61,530 bases of DNA from NCBI GenBank assembly GCA_949289785.1, contig CASEOW010000043.1, positions 1-61,530 of the forward strand, read 5' to 3'. Under the pieces are notes generated by a model. The model searched no databases and was not told the origin of the DNA. It saw only the letters and a list, made by a program, of their open reading frames with translations. Numbering within the stretch: the first letter of the stretch is position 1; each line of letters starts with the position of its first letter. Positions 40,042-49,819 of the stretch are shown here, piece after piece. The position numbers and the translations under genes are program-made. The DNA comes from an uncultured Bacillota bacterium (lineage in GTDB: Bacteria > Bacillota > Clostridia > Christensenellales > UBA1242).

Positions 40042-41454
40042 TTAAAACTGTACTGTTATACTTGATTTTATACCATCTTTTGTATATTCAAATGTAACAC
40101 TTTCACCATCATCAATATTTAATAAAAGATAAATAAAATCATTTCTATTTTCAATATTGTAAGTTTCAGTATTTATCTCTGAATTAATTGTTCCTTTGGT
40201 AATTATACAACCTGAAGTAATATATCCAAGATTTGAAACATCACTTGTATTTGATATTATATAATAACCGCTATCTTCAAAGTTAAAAGCTGATTTATAA
40301 TCATCTACTGAATAATATTGTCCATCCCAATAATAATAATTACTAAATTCAGAAATTGTTTGAATTATACTACCATAATCTTCATCGTTTTCTTGTTGAG
40401 TTTTAATAGTTTTTATTATATAAGCTTCTTCACTATCAATACCTGTCAAGCCTAATGTTTCAATATCATAAATACTTTTTGTTTCTGTATTTTCATTGTT
40501 GTATATTACTCTATCTAATACTTCCATAATAGGATATACTGCAACCATTCCATTAATTTGATTTCCATTAGTGCTAGAAACAGAAGTGCTTAATGTAGCA
40601 AGTCCTACAAGATTTCCATTTTCATCAAAAACACCACCACCAGAATTTCCTGGGCTTATTTCTACACTCATACTTACAACATCTTCATATACATTATCAA
40701 TGTAAACAAGTGAATAGTAATTGGTATTATTTGGAATTTCTTCTTCATTTTCTGTGCTTATCCAACTATTTGAAAAGCCAAATCCAGATTGATAGTAATA
40801 TTTATAAAATCCAGTATATTCTGTCATACTGTTGTTGCTTCTAACATACCCAATAGTAAAGTCATTTAAATTTTGCAAGCTTAGTGGTGAACCAATTGTA
40901 AAAATTGGTTCAATATCAAGTTTATTTTCATCTTCACATTCAATCACTCTATCTGACATTCTAACATAATTTAAATTAACATCATCACAATAAACTATTG
41001 CAACATCTAAATCTTTACTTGACCAAACAACTTCGCAATTAGTGTAGATTGATTCATCTTCAGTTATAATATCTACAGTTACATTATTGTAATTTTCATC
41101 ATACACCCATTCTATTACATGATAATTGGTTGCTATATAACTTCCTTTATTTGCAACATAATTTAAATTAGTTTCATATCCTTTTGATGCAATACAAACG
41201 CCACTTCCATGAGATGAGTATCTATAAATTCCATTATTGCCTTCCACTTGAACGGCAACACAAGCATTATCTCGATATAATTTAGCTATATCGTAAACAT
41301 CCATATTTTCAGTTATTTGGTCATTTAAACAAGATGTTAAAGAATAAGATTTATTATTTTTAATTAGAGGAATTATAAAAATATAACAACAAGTAGATAT
41401 CAATAAAATTATTGCTAATAAAAATATTACACCTTTAAAAGATTTTTTATTCAT
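40042..41454 (-). CDS. Membrane-anchored trypsin-like (HtrA-like) serine protease
   Basis: N-terminal TM, GSGV, TNYHV, DVAI, ISPGNSGG; degenerate PDZ-like C-terminus. Confidence 0.88.
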   Translation of the reverse strand: MNKKSFKGVIFLLAIILLISTCCYIFIIPLIKNNKSYSLTSCLNDQITENMDVYDIAKLYRDNACVAVQVEGNNGIYRYSSHGSGVCIASKGYETNLNYVANKGSYIATNYHVIEWVYDENYNNVTVDIITEDESIYTNCEVVWSSKDLDVAIVYCDDVNLNYVRMSDRVIECEDENKLDIEPIFTIGSPLSLQNLNDFTIGYVRSNNSMTEYTGFYKYYYQSGFGFSNSWISTENEEEIPNNTNYYSLVYIDNVYEDVVSMSVEISPGNSGGGVFDENGNLVGLATLSTSVSSTNGNQINGMVAVYPIMEVLDRVIYNNENTETKSIYDIETLGLTGIDSEEAYIIKTIKTQQENDEDYGSIIQTISEFSNYYYWDGQYYSVDDYKSAFNFEDSGYYIISNTSDVSNLGYITSGCIITKGTINSEINTETYNIENRNDFIYLLLNIDDGESVTFEYTKDGIKSSITVQF

Positions 41455-41597
41455 TTTTGCTCCCTTATAATTGATATTATTATAGTTAAAAAATAAAGAA
41501 ATTACTTTAATATATTATGATATATTTTAATAAAAATATCAAATATAATAATAAACTTTTTTTATTTTATTTAAAGTGTTTTTTTATTTTTAAATGT

Positions 41598-41622
41598 AAA
41601 AAGACCTTTTAAAAAGGTCTTT
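41598..41622 (-). terminator. Intrinsic terminator
   Basis: aaagacctttt/aaaaggtcttt. Confidence 0.75.
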
Positions 41623-41628
41623 AATTTA

Positions 41629-43113
41629 TTAAATAATTTGTAAACTTTTTTTATAAACTTTACGATAATCACTTGCGACTTTCATACCTTCCAAAATCTC
41701 ATGTGAAGCATCACCTTCCACAACAGTTTTCATAATAATTGAATCTCCTAATATATCGCAAACAATATCTTGAACAATTGGTTTTCTAGAAGCATTCAAA
41801 GCAACAGCAAGTTTCACTATAACACCTAGTTTTCTAACAGCATCAAGGTCTTCTTCAGTTAATATATCTTTATACCTTACCCATTCATTTAAAGACAAGT
41901 CATCAAGATTTTGACAAACACATATAAATCCAGCTATTAAGAGTTCTCTATGTGTTACACCAGCAATATCTGAATAAACTATTTTTTCAAATCCATATTT
42001 GGTAAAATACTGACTATTTATACATTTTCCACTATCATACATAAATGCAGCAATTCTTAGTGGTTTTACATAAAACCTAGGTAATTTATGCATAACTTTT
42101 AATTGCTTAAATAAAATAGTTGCCATGTTATAAACAAGAGGATTTATAGAAAACTCGTCTTTAGTAAACTCATAATAATTTTCAAGTGAATTACTTAATA
42201 AGTCATTAAATCTTTCTACTGCACCATTAAGAACATTCATTTGTAATTGACCACTTTTTAAATTAGAAGTAGAAATTGTAATTTCTTTTAAATCCATTTT
42301 TTCGATAAATGCTTTAATAATTGCAAAGCCTACAGCTAGTTTATCAGCATTATCGTCTTCAATGCCTTTTATCTTTTTGATTTTGTCAAGATCTAAGGTT
42401 TTAAAAAATTGAATAGTTTTATCAAAATTTTCTTTTGATAAAATAAAATTATTATCAACATCTAAAGGATATCTCATAATCTTCTTTGCAATTTTTCCAA
42501 GTGCAATAAAAGAAGTGCCCAAACCTACAAATTTACCTTCTTGGTCAACATCACTAAGCAAACTTTCTAAATTTATATTGTTTTTTAATCTATTAACACA
42601 TTCTTCTATATCACCAGAAGAAAAATCAGTATTGTAAGTACCAAAAGGAAAGATTACACTACCTAAAATAGCTCTTCTATTATATTTTACAACATAAGAA
42701 GTATAAGCACCTACATATAAAAATACACCTTTTGCGCTATCGATATTGTTAACTACAGAATTAAAAAGGCTTTTAATATATTCTTCATCGCTTAAAATAG
42801 AAAAACTTAAACCAGTGTTATTATAAATTTCATCAAAAAATCCCCTATAGTTTCTAGCTTTCAAAATAATATTAGTTGTAAAAGCAAATATTTTTGAAAT
42901 GCCATATTCTTCTATAAGTTTTCTATATATTTTCAATATGTTTAAAATTTCGTTCTTTGTTTTAGGATTGATTAATTCATCATTATCAATTTCTTCACCA
43001 AATTTAAATGTTTGATTTTTAGTTAAAGCAAGTAAACTTTTTCCATTACTAATTTTATAAACGGAAAGATTTAAGCTTCTTTCATTTAATTCTATTAAAG
43101 CGATTTTTTCCAT
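41629..43113 (-). CDS. Ppx/GppA-family protein with degenerate active site
   Basis: Layout A.N...F...I...TG....ILS.EE, S...P.G, HD-like C-domain with G.THRE; start moved to the ATG after GAGGGA. Confidence 0.75.
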   Translation of the reverse strand: MEKIALIELNERSLNLSVYKISNGKSLLALTKNQTFKFGEEIDNDELINPKTKNEILNILKIYRKLIEEYGISKIFAFTTNIILKARNYRGFFDEIYNNTGLSFSILSDEEYIKSLFNSVVNNIDSAKGVFLYVGAYTSYVVKYNRRAILGSVIFPFGTYNTDFSSGDIEECVNRLKNNINLESLLSDVDQEGKFVGLGTSFIALGKIAKKIMRYPLDVDNNFILSKENFDKTIQFFKTLDLDKIKKIKGIEDDNADKLAVGFAIIKAFIEKMDLKEITISTSNLKSGQLQMNVLNGAVERFNDLLSNSLENYYEFTKDEFSINPLVYNMATILFKQLKVMHKLPRFYVKPLRIAAFMYDSGKCINSQYFTKYGFEKIVYSDIAGVTHRELLIAGFICVCQNLDDLSLNEWVRYKDILTEEDLDAVRKLGVIVKLAVALNASRKPIVQDIVCDILGDSIIMKTVVEGDASHEILEGMKVASDYRKVYKKSLQII

Positions 43114-43123
43114 ATTCCCTCTT

Positions 43124-43288
43124 TTATAATTTAATTGCACCTACAGGACAACTAGCTTCACAAGCTCCACAATGTATACATTTTGTATTATCTACAATAG
43201 CTTTTCCATCTCCATCAAAGCTAATAGCCTCAACAGGACAAATTGCAACGCAAGTTCCACAACCTATACATTTTGTTTTATCTATCAT
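43124..43288 (-). CDS. 2x[4Fe-4S] ferredoxin, 54 aa (not in ORF track)
   Basis: Hand translation MIDKTKCIGCGTCVAICPVEAISFDGDGKAIVDNTKCIHCGACEASCPVGAIKL; two CxxCxxCxxxCP motifs; GGAGG RBS. Confidence 0.95.
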   Translation of the reverse strand: MIDKTKCIGCGTCVAICPVEAISFDGDGKAIVDNTKCIHCGACEASCPVGAIKL

Positions 43289-43430
43289 TAGTTTAAAACC
43301 TCCACTACTCGTTACATTTTAGCACATTTTATTAATAAAGTAAACTTTATTTAATCATTTTTTTAGCTTTAAAAATAAATTTTACAACAAAATAAAACAA
43401 AAAAAAATAAATTTAATAAATATATTGAAA

Positions 43431-43838
43431 TTAATTTTTACAATTATTATGTTTATCATTTTTAAATTGTAAAATAACTTTAAAAATTTCAATTATTGCC
43501 AAAATACATAAAAATATTCCAAATACAATTTTCAAAATAGAACTAGAAATACTACCTGCTAAAAGAGCACCTAATATAGTAAAAATAATTCCACTTAAAA
43601 TTATTGGCAAAATATTTTTTAAGACAATATAACCATTTTTGTAATGAATAACTAAAGAAAATAAAGCCATAACCAAAAAAGATACCAAATTTATTCCCTG
43701 ACAAAGTTTTTGGTCTAAATTTAAAAATATTGATAAAAGCGGAATTAAAATAGTTCCACCTCCCATTCCAAGACCACCAAAAATTCCCGCTAAAAAACCA
43801 AATAAAACATAAAGAAATATTGTTAATTCAACACTCAT
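43431..43838 (-). CDS. TauE/SafE family half-transporter
   Basis: GIFGGLGMGGGTILIP, Q...QGINL. Confidence 0.88.
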   Translation of the reverse strand: MSVELTIFLYVLFGFLAGIFGGLGMGGGTILIPLLSIFLNLDQKLCQGINLVSFLVMALFSLVIHYKNGYIVLKNILPIILSGIIFTILGALLAGSISSSILKIVFGIFLCILAIIEIFKVILQFKNDKHNNCKN

Positions 43839-44470
43839 ATTATTAGTTTAATTCCTCCTACAAACATAATAATTGCAAAAATTATTCTAACTGCTTTAGG
43901 CGGCAAAAATTTTAATGCAAAAGCCCCTAAAATTCCACCTGTTACCACACCAAGTCCTACGCTTAACAAAGGTAAAGTTTTAATATAACCGTTAAAAACA
44001 TAAATTGATGCAGAAATCAAAGAAAGAGGAAAAATTATTGCTATAGCAGTCGCATGTGACTTTTTCGCATCTAAAGATAAAACTTTTTGTAAAATAGGCA
44101 CACATATCATTCCCCCACCGCCACCGAAAAAACCATTTAAAAAACCTATAATGCTTCCACTAATTAATAACAAAATCTTATTTTTTAACTTTTTTTTATT
44201 TTTTCTTTTGTTTGTTAAATGAATTTGTTCTTTTAAATAGAAAACATTTTTTATTTTTTTATTTTTGTTTTTCAACAGATTAATATTCTCAAATAAAATC
44301 AATTTATATTTAAAAAAACTTCTAAATTTATACAAACTTTTTGAACATTTTATCTTTTCGACAAAATTAACCTTTATTCGTAATAAATTATCGCTATTTA
44401 AACTTATAGCAATATCTTTTTTTGCACACTTTAAATTAGACCTTTTTTGTTTTTCTTTTCTTTTTCTCAT
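43835..44470 (-). CDS. TauE/SafE family half-transporter with Lys-rich N-extension (start uncertain)
   Basis: GFLNGFFGGGGGMICVP, SHATAIAII. Confidence 0.8.
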   Translation of the reverse strand: MRKRKEKQKRSNLKCAKKDIAISLNSDNLLRIKVNFVEKIKCSKSLYKFRSFFKYKLILFENINLLKNKNKKIKNVFYLKEQIHLTNKRKNKKKLKNKILLLISGSIIGFLNGFFGGGGGMICVPILQKVLSLDAKKSHATAIAIIFPLSLISASIYVFNGYIKTLPLLSVGLGVVTGGILGAFALKFLPPKAVRIIFAIIMFVGGIKLII

Positions 44471-44503
44471 ATAACTTATTATGAATAAATATGTTAAAAA
44501 TAT

Positions 44504-44532
44504 TTGATTAAAAGAAATAAATGTTGTATACT
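44504..44532 (+). promoter_or_regulatory. sigmaA promoter
   Basis: TTGATT-17-TATACT; overlaps the ORF-track start, which supports a start at 44563. Confidence 0.6.
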
Positions 44533-44562
44533 ACAAAGGTAAATTATTTTTTAAGGTGGAAT

Positions 44563-47500
44563 ATGCTAAAATTTAAAAATAAAACTAAATCAAATTTGAT
44601 AAAATTATGTGCATTCTTTGTGTTTCCTTTCTCATTATTTGGTGGTTTGAGTTTAAAACAAAGCGCTACTGCCGAAAGTAGTGCTTCTTCAAATTATGTT
44701 ACTTCCTATGAAGAAAAAGTTTCAGTATCAAACTCATCATTCACTGAAGGTGGCTCAACTATTGCACAGGGAAATTCTTTTACAGGTTGGGAAGCTATAG
44801 AAACTAGCTCTTCTGCTAAAGGTATGCTTATTGATGTTGGAACAGGAACTAATACAGATGAAAATGGTGAAAATGTTACTTTTTCTAAATATCAAAGCAC
44901 ATATATGCTCGAAGCAAATCCTGGCGCAAAAGGCTCTGATTCTAGAATTATGATGATTAATTCTAAATCAAAAGAAAGTGATAAAAATCAAAACGCTCGT
45001 AAAGGATATAAATCAAGCTCAATTACTTTATCCGCTAATTCTTATTATAGATTTAATGTTTCAGTTAAAACAGCTTTAAATGGAGATGATAATGTTAATG
45101 CTTCCGTTTATATTTCTGGATTAGTTGATAAAGATGGTCAAACTTTTAGAATAGGATATGAAAATATTACTACTTCTATCTGGAAAGAATATTATATCTA
45201 TATTGCTACTGGTAATCAGGAACAAACAATTACAATTGATTTGTACTTAGGTTCAGCTAATGGAGCTGTTAGTAGCGGAGCAGTTTTCTTTGACGAAGTA
45301 TATCTTAATAAATATTCAGAAAATGCTTTCTTTGAATTATGTTCTTATGATAATTATGAAGGTCAAGATACTTACAAGAGTTTTTCAAGTGAAACTTGCT
45401 TCTTAATAAACGATTTACAAGAAGACAAAGCACTTATTGATTATTCTGGTTATAATTTTGATTTTGAAAATGAAATATCTGATTTAGGAATTGATAGTTG
45501 GAATATTTCTCGTTCTTCTTATGGACACGCTTTAGTTAAAAATATGACAACAATGCAATCTGTAGATTTTGCTAACATGACTGGATACGGATTTGTTGGA
45601 AATGACCTTTCTTATAACAACCTTCAATCTTTAATTTTATATACTGATAAAGAAGGTGGATATGTAAATGTTACTTCAAAAGATGTTGAAATTAAAGCAC
45701 ACGCTGTTTATAAAGTAACTTTAAAAATGAAGGTTGCTGGAATGGACGAAGGCTCATTCTATCTACAAGTTAAAGAAAATGAAACTATTTATTCTCTTTA
45801 TCCTGAACTTTTGAGCAGTAATGAAGAAGATGGAAATTATTATTCTTTAAATTCTGGAAAAACAACTGGTTATACTTCTAATACAGAAAATAAATTTACA
45901 AATGATTATCAAACTATTTCATTCTTCATTAAAGGACATTCTTTATATGATAGTAGTATAAATTTAAATCTATGTCTTGGAGATAGTGAAACAAATGCAA
46001 TCGGTTGTGTAGTAATTGACGATATTCAAATTGAATATTCAACTTATGAAAATTATTCATCAGCAACCGATAAACTTGAATTAACAACTATTTCTACCAA
46101 CCCTACAGGAGTAGAAAACTTTTACTTTAACTCAACAGAAATAAGTGAAAATCAACTTATTAACAAAACAGAAGAAAATGAAGCCGACATCTCTTATCCA
46201 TTACCTGCAACTTCATGGACGGCAACAAAAGAAGATGAAGATATTAATCAACAAGGTGTAATATATTTATATAATTCTGAAAGTTATAAAAAATTATATA
46301 ACGGAAAATATATTTGGGCTGATACCTACCCTGGACACCCTACAAACACTACCAATGTAGATTTACCAAATAATGTTTATATGATGTATAACGAAAAAAA
46401 TAGTTATCAATCTGTAACTTCTGCAAGTTATACTCTTGATGGTGGAAGTGTTTATAAACTAAATTTTGATTACTTTACTATTGATAAAGTTTCAGCACAA
46501 GAAAAAGCAAAAATAAAAGTAGAAATTATCGATGGCAATGGCATAACAATATTTACAAAAAGCAATATCTCATCTTTACAATGGGCTAATATGGAAATAT
46601 ATTTCCAAACTGCAAACGCTGTATCAACTTCTATTCAAATTAAAATATCTTTAGGAGATGAAGAGAATAAAGTTGGAGGAATTGTATATCTTGATAATTT
46701 CATTGTAACAAAATTAACTTCTACTGAAGAAGGTGCTGATAATACAAGTGCTTACGAAAAATTTGAAAAAGCTGACAACAAAGTAGATTTAACTGATTAT
46801 TATTTAAGCATTTCTTCTAATGGGGAAGTTTCTAATGAAATAACTTCAACACCTGCTTATAATTTAACTGTAGATGAAGTATATGATGAAAATGAAACAA
46901 ACAATTCTGCTAATTGTGCTCAAAGTGGTATAGTTAGTGGAAAAGAAAATCCTTTTATATATGATTTTGAAAATTTATCTATTGAAGATTCTAACTACCT
47001 TGTTTTAAAATCAGTCTATGCAAGTAAAGCTTCACTTAAATCAGCTTATACTATGTCATTAACTGCTGACTCATATTATAAATTTTCTTTTGATTTGGCA
47101 ACTATGTTTGGAGTTGATGAAGATTACAAAGGCACAGATGAACATCAATGTAAGTATGGCGTTACAGTAACTATCGAAGGCTTTGATAGTGTTGAAAGAC
47201 TTATGACTGCAAATGAATTAAAACATTTCTCTTTATACTTTAAATGCACTTCTAATACAAATCCTACAATAACATTTACACTTGTTTCAGATTGTAATGA
47301 AACTTTAGGTACTGCTCTTATCACAAGAATAAATCTTGAAACTATAACTGAGACAGATTTTAATAACGCTAAATTATCTAATAATTATGACAAAACTGTA
47401 TTTACTATTTCTCAAACATCTTCAACTGAAGACGAAGATACAGATGATGGTAACACAGATGATAACACAAACACAGATGAAAATAATAACAATACTACTA

Positions 47501-48051
47501 ACCCACTATTAATGGTATCATCTATATTAATGGGACTTGCATTAATTGTAGCAATCTTAGGTTATATTTTAAAACATGTTAAAATAAAGAAAATAGAAAA
47601 AATTAAGAAAGTTTCTTACGATAAAAAAATTGCTATTAATCATGACGCTATTTTGGTAGAAGCACAAAAAGTTCGTGACCAAGAGTTTGATAAACTTAAA
47701 CAAGCAAAAGAAATATTAGAAAATGAAAAGAAACAAATAGAATTAAATCATAAAAAGTTTATTGAAAGCGAAAGATTACAGTCTGAAGGAAAAATAACTA
47801 GAAGAATGGAAACTGCATTCAAACAATATAATTATGATATAAATAAAATAAATCAAAAGATTGATATAATAAAAGAAAAACTTGATTACACTATGAGTGC
47901 TGAATATCTTTTAACAATTGAAAGAAATATAGTGGCTCAAAAAGAAGAAAAATTTTATCAAGATAAAAGAAACTATAAAGCGCAAGTTAAAAAGGAAATC
48001 AAAAAAAATAAACAAGATGAAAAATTAAATAAAAGAAATAAAAAACAATAA
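44563..48051 (+). CDS. Large type I membrane protein with four CBM-like beta-sandwich modules
   Basis: Signal peptide; repeated N..F..W, L.A.S.YK....KT, W......F, LG...G.V..D pattern; D/N linker; TM; charged coiled-coil tail. Confidence 0.8.
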   Translation: MLKFKNKTKSNLIKLCAFFVFPFSLFGGLSLKQSATAESSASSNYVTSYEEKVSVSNSSFTEGGSTIAQGNSFTGWEAIETSSSAKGMLIDVGTGTNTDENGENVTFSKYQSTYMLEANPGAKGSDSRIMMINSKSKESDKNQNARKGYKSSSITLSANSYYRFNVSVKTALNGDDNVNASVYISGLVDKDGQTFRIGYENITTSIWKEYYIYIATGNQEQTITIDLYLGSANGAVSSGAVFFDEVYLNKYSENAFFELCSYDNYEGQDTYKSFSSETCFLINDLQEDKALIDYSGYNFDFENEISDLGIDSWNISRSSYGHALVKNMTTMQSVDFANMTGYGFVGNDLSYNNLQSLILYTDKEGGYVNVTSKDVEIKAHAVYKVTLKMKVAGMDEGSFYLQVKENETIYSLYPELLSSNEEDGNYYSLNSGKTTGYTSNTENKFTNDYQTISFFIKGHSLYDSSINLNLCLGDSETNAIGCVVIDDIQIEYSTYENYSSATDKLELTTISTNPTGVENFYFNSTEISENQLINKTEENEADISYPLPATSWTATKEDEDINQQGVIYLYNSESYKKLYNGKYIWADTYPGHPTNTTNVDLPNNVYMMYNEKNSYQSVTSASYTLDGGSVYKLNFDYFTIDKVSAQEKAKIKVEIIDGNGITIFTKSNISSLQWANMEIYFQTANAVSTSIQIKISLGDEENKVGGIVYLDNFIVTKLTSTEEGADNTSAYEKFEKADNKVDLTDYYLSISSNGEVSNEITSTPAYNLTVDEVYDENETNNSANCAQSGIVSGKENPFIYDFENLSIEDSNYLVLKSVYASKASLKSAYTMSLTADSYYKFSFDLATMFGVDEDYKGTDEHQCKYGVTVTIEGFDSVERLMTANELKHFSLYFKCTSNTNPTITFTLVSDCNETLGTALITRINLETITETDFNNAKLSNNYDKTVFTISQTSSTEDEDTDDGNTDDNTNTDENNNNTTNPLLMVSSILMGLALIVAILGYILKHVKIKKIEKIKKVSYDKKIAINHDAILVEAQKVRDQEFDKLKQAKEILENEKKQIELNHKKFIESERLQSEGKITRRMETAFKQYNYDINKINQKIDIIKEKLDYTMSAEYLLTIERNIVAQKEEKFYQDKRNYKAQVKKEIKKNKQDEKLNKRNKKQ

Positions 48052-48074
48052 TTTTGATTATATATTTAAATCAT

Positions 48075-48110
48075 AAAAAAAAGAGTTATTTATTAAAATA
48101 GCTCTTTTTT
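48075..48110. terminator. Bidirectional terminator
   Basis: aaaaaagagttattt/aaatagctctttttt. Confidence 0.8.
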
Positions 48111-48132
48111 ATATTTTTAATTCTACATATAA

Positions 48133-48648
48133 TTATTCATCGTCATCGTCGTAATCAAAATCATCGTCATCATCGTCATCATCGTCATAATCAAAATCAT
48201 CGTCATCATCAAAATCGTCATCATCATTTTCTATCTCTTCATCTTCTTCTTCACTGAAATCGATATCCCCTTCTTCTTCATCTCCAAATTCAATATCAGG
48301 AGAAAGTTCATCATCAATAAGAGTTGAATCTGCAAGATCAGTAACATCACTTAAATCATCATCACCACCAAGAGAAATGCCGTCATCTTGATCATCTACC
48401 ATATAATCATCCCAATCATTATCTAAATCACCATCTTCAGATTGATGTTCCTTAAGACAGCTAGAACACATTATTTCATCTGGTTGAATATAATTTGTTT
48501 TACATATAGGACAAAGCTCTAGATCAATATCATCTTCATAATCCTTTTTAGCTTCCATTTCAGCTTTACAAACAGAACAATATTTATCTTTTTTTTGAAT
48601 ATAATTAAGTTCACATCTAGGACATCTAATATAAACAGGTCTTTTCAT
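48133..48648 (-). CDS. Double Cys4 Zn-finger protein with long acidic tail
   Basis: Two CPxCxxNYIx6CxxC repeats, then about 100 aa of D/E-rich sequence; AAGGAG RBS. Confidence 0.85.
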   Translation of the reverse strand: MKRPVYIRCPRCELNYIQKKDKYCSVCKAEMEAKKDYEDDIDLELCPICKTNYIQPDEIMCSSCLKEHQSEDGDLDNDWDDYMVDDQDDGISLGGDDDLSDVTDLADSTLIDDELSPDIEFGDEEEGDIDFSEEEDEEIENDDDDFDDDDDFDYDDDDDDDDDFDYDDDDE

Positions 48649-48696
48649 AATTAATCTCCTTATTGTAAATTAGGTATACCCTAATAATCTTTACAC

Positions 48697-48725
48697 ATTA
48701 TACATACTATTATGCTAAATGTCTA
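48697..48725 (-). promoter_or_regulatory. sigmaA promoter of the Zn-finger gene
   Basis: TAGACA-17-TATAAT. Confidence 0.7.
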
Positions 48726-48752
48726 TTATTTTTTTAAATTTTTATCAAATTT

Positions 48753-49382
48753 TTATGATTTTTTTTCTTGCCCTTCTTCCGCTTGACTTTTACGAATATA
48801 AAGAGGATTTATTGTATTTATATCTTGATATTTCTCTTCTTTTTTTCTTAAAAAAGCAAGTTCTAGAAGTTCATCTGTTGTAGGGCATACTTTTTCATCT
48901 GACAGATTTTCTTCCATTAAACAAACTATTTTCTCTTTTATATCTTTTAAATCAACTTTATTTATCATTATTTCATCACCAATTTTATTACCAAATTTAT
49001 CAAATTTAGAAACAAACACTCTTTCACTAAGTGCATCAATGACGCAATAAAACTCATTCAATGGTGCATAGTTTTTGACATAAGTATATGCCATTAATTC
49101 AAAAGTTGTTAAAGGTATAAATTTAAAATCACTGTTTCCGCAAGCAAAACCTTTTGCCAAAGCAATTGCTATTCTTATTCCTGTAAACGAACCAGGACCT
49201 ATAACTATTGCAAAATCTTGATTATCCAAAATTGAACAATTAATATTTTCTAAAAGTTCATTTAAAACAGGCAAAATATTTTCTGAATGTTTACAAGAAG
49301 AAGGAAGGGACTTTGTTGCTTTTTTTCCGTTAATATCTACTGCTATCAAAGCTTCTTTGTATGCTGAAGAAATTGCAATCAT
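48753..49382 (-). CDS. tsaB: t6A biosynthesis protein TsaB
   Basis: HSE.ILP, GPGSFTGIRI, PLYIRKSQAE. Confidence 0.95.
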   Translation of the reverse strand: MIAISSAYKEALIAVDINGKKATKSLPSSCKHSENILPVLNELLENINCSILDNQDFAIVIGPGSFTGIRIAIALAKGFACGNSDFKFIPLTTFELMAYTYVKNYAPLNEFYCVIDALSERVFVSKFDKFGNKIGDEIMINKVDLKDIKEKIVCLMEENLSDEKVCPTTDELLELAFLRKKEEKYQDINTINPLYIRKSQAEEGQEKKS

Positions 49383-49819
49383 AATTCACTCCCCACAATA
49401 ATTTTTCTATTGTTTTCACTTAGCTTTTGTATTTCTATTACTATTCTTGGACATGTAATAAGTCCTTGAACATTTTCTGGCCATTCTACTATAGTAATAC
49501 CATCTAAAGTTTTTAAGTCAAAATATTCTTCAAAACCAAGTTCATTAGCCTCTTCTGAAGAAGATAGTCTATACATATCAAAATGATATACCGGAAATTT
49601 TCCTCCATTATAAATATTTAATAATGTAAATGTAGGACTTGTAACTGTTCCTTGATATCCTATTCCTTTTGCAAATCCCTTTACAAAGTGAGTTTTTCCA
49701 GCTCCTAAATCTCCTTTTAATAATATTACAACACCTTTACCTACTGAATTTGCAATTTTTTCTGCCACTAACATAGTTTCATTTTCAGATTTTGTTTCAA
49801 TAGAATATAATTGTTTCAT
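49379..49819 (-). CDS. tsaE: t6A biosynthesis ATPase TsaE
   Basis: GDLGAGKT, VTSPTF, HFDMYRL, IVEW. Confidence 0.97.
   Translation of the reverse strand: MKQLYSIETKSENETMLVAEKIANSVGKGVVILLKGDLGAGKTHFVKGFAKGIGYQGTVTSPTFTLLNIYNGGKFPVYHFDMYRLSSSEEANELGFEEYFDLKTLDGITIVEWPENVQGLITCPRIVIEIQKLSENNRKIIVGSEL

Noticed and set aside
48136-48250. (TCA/TCG)n repeats
   Set aside because: They encode the poly-Asp tail; not a CRISPR array or independent repeat element.
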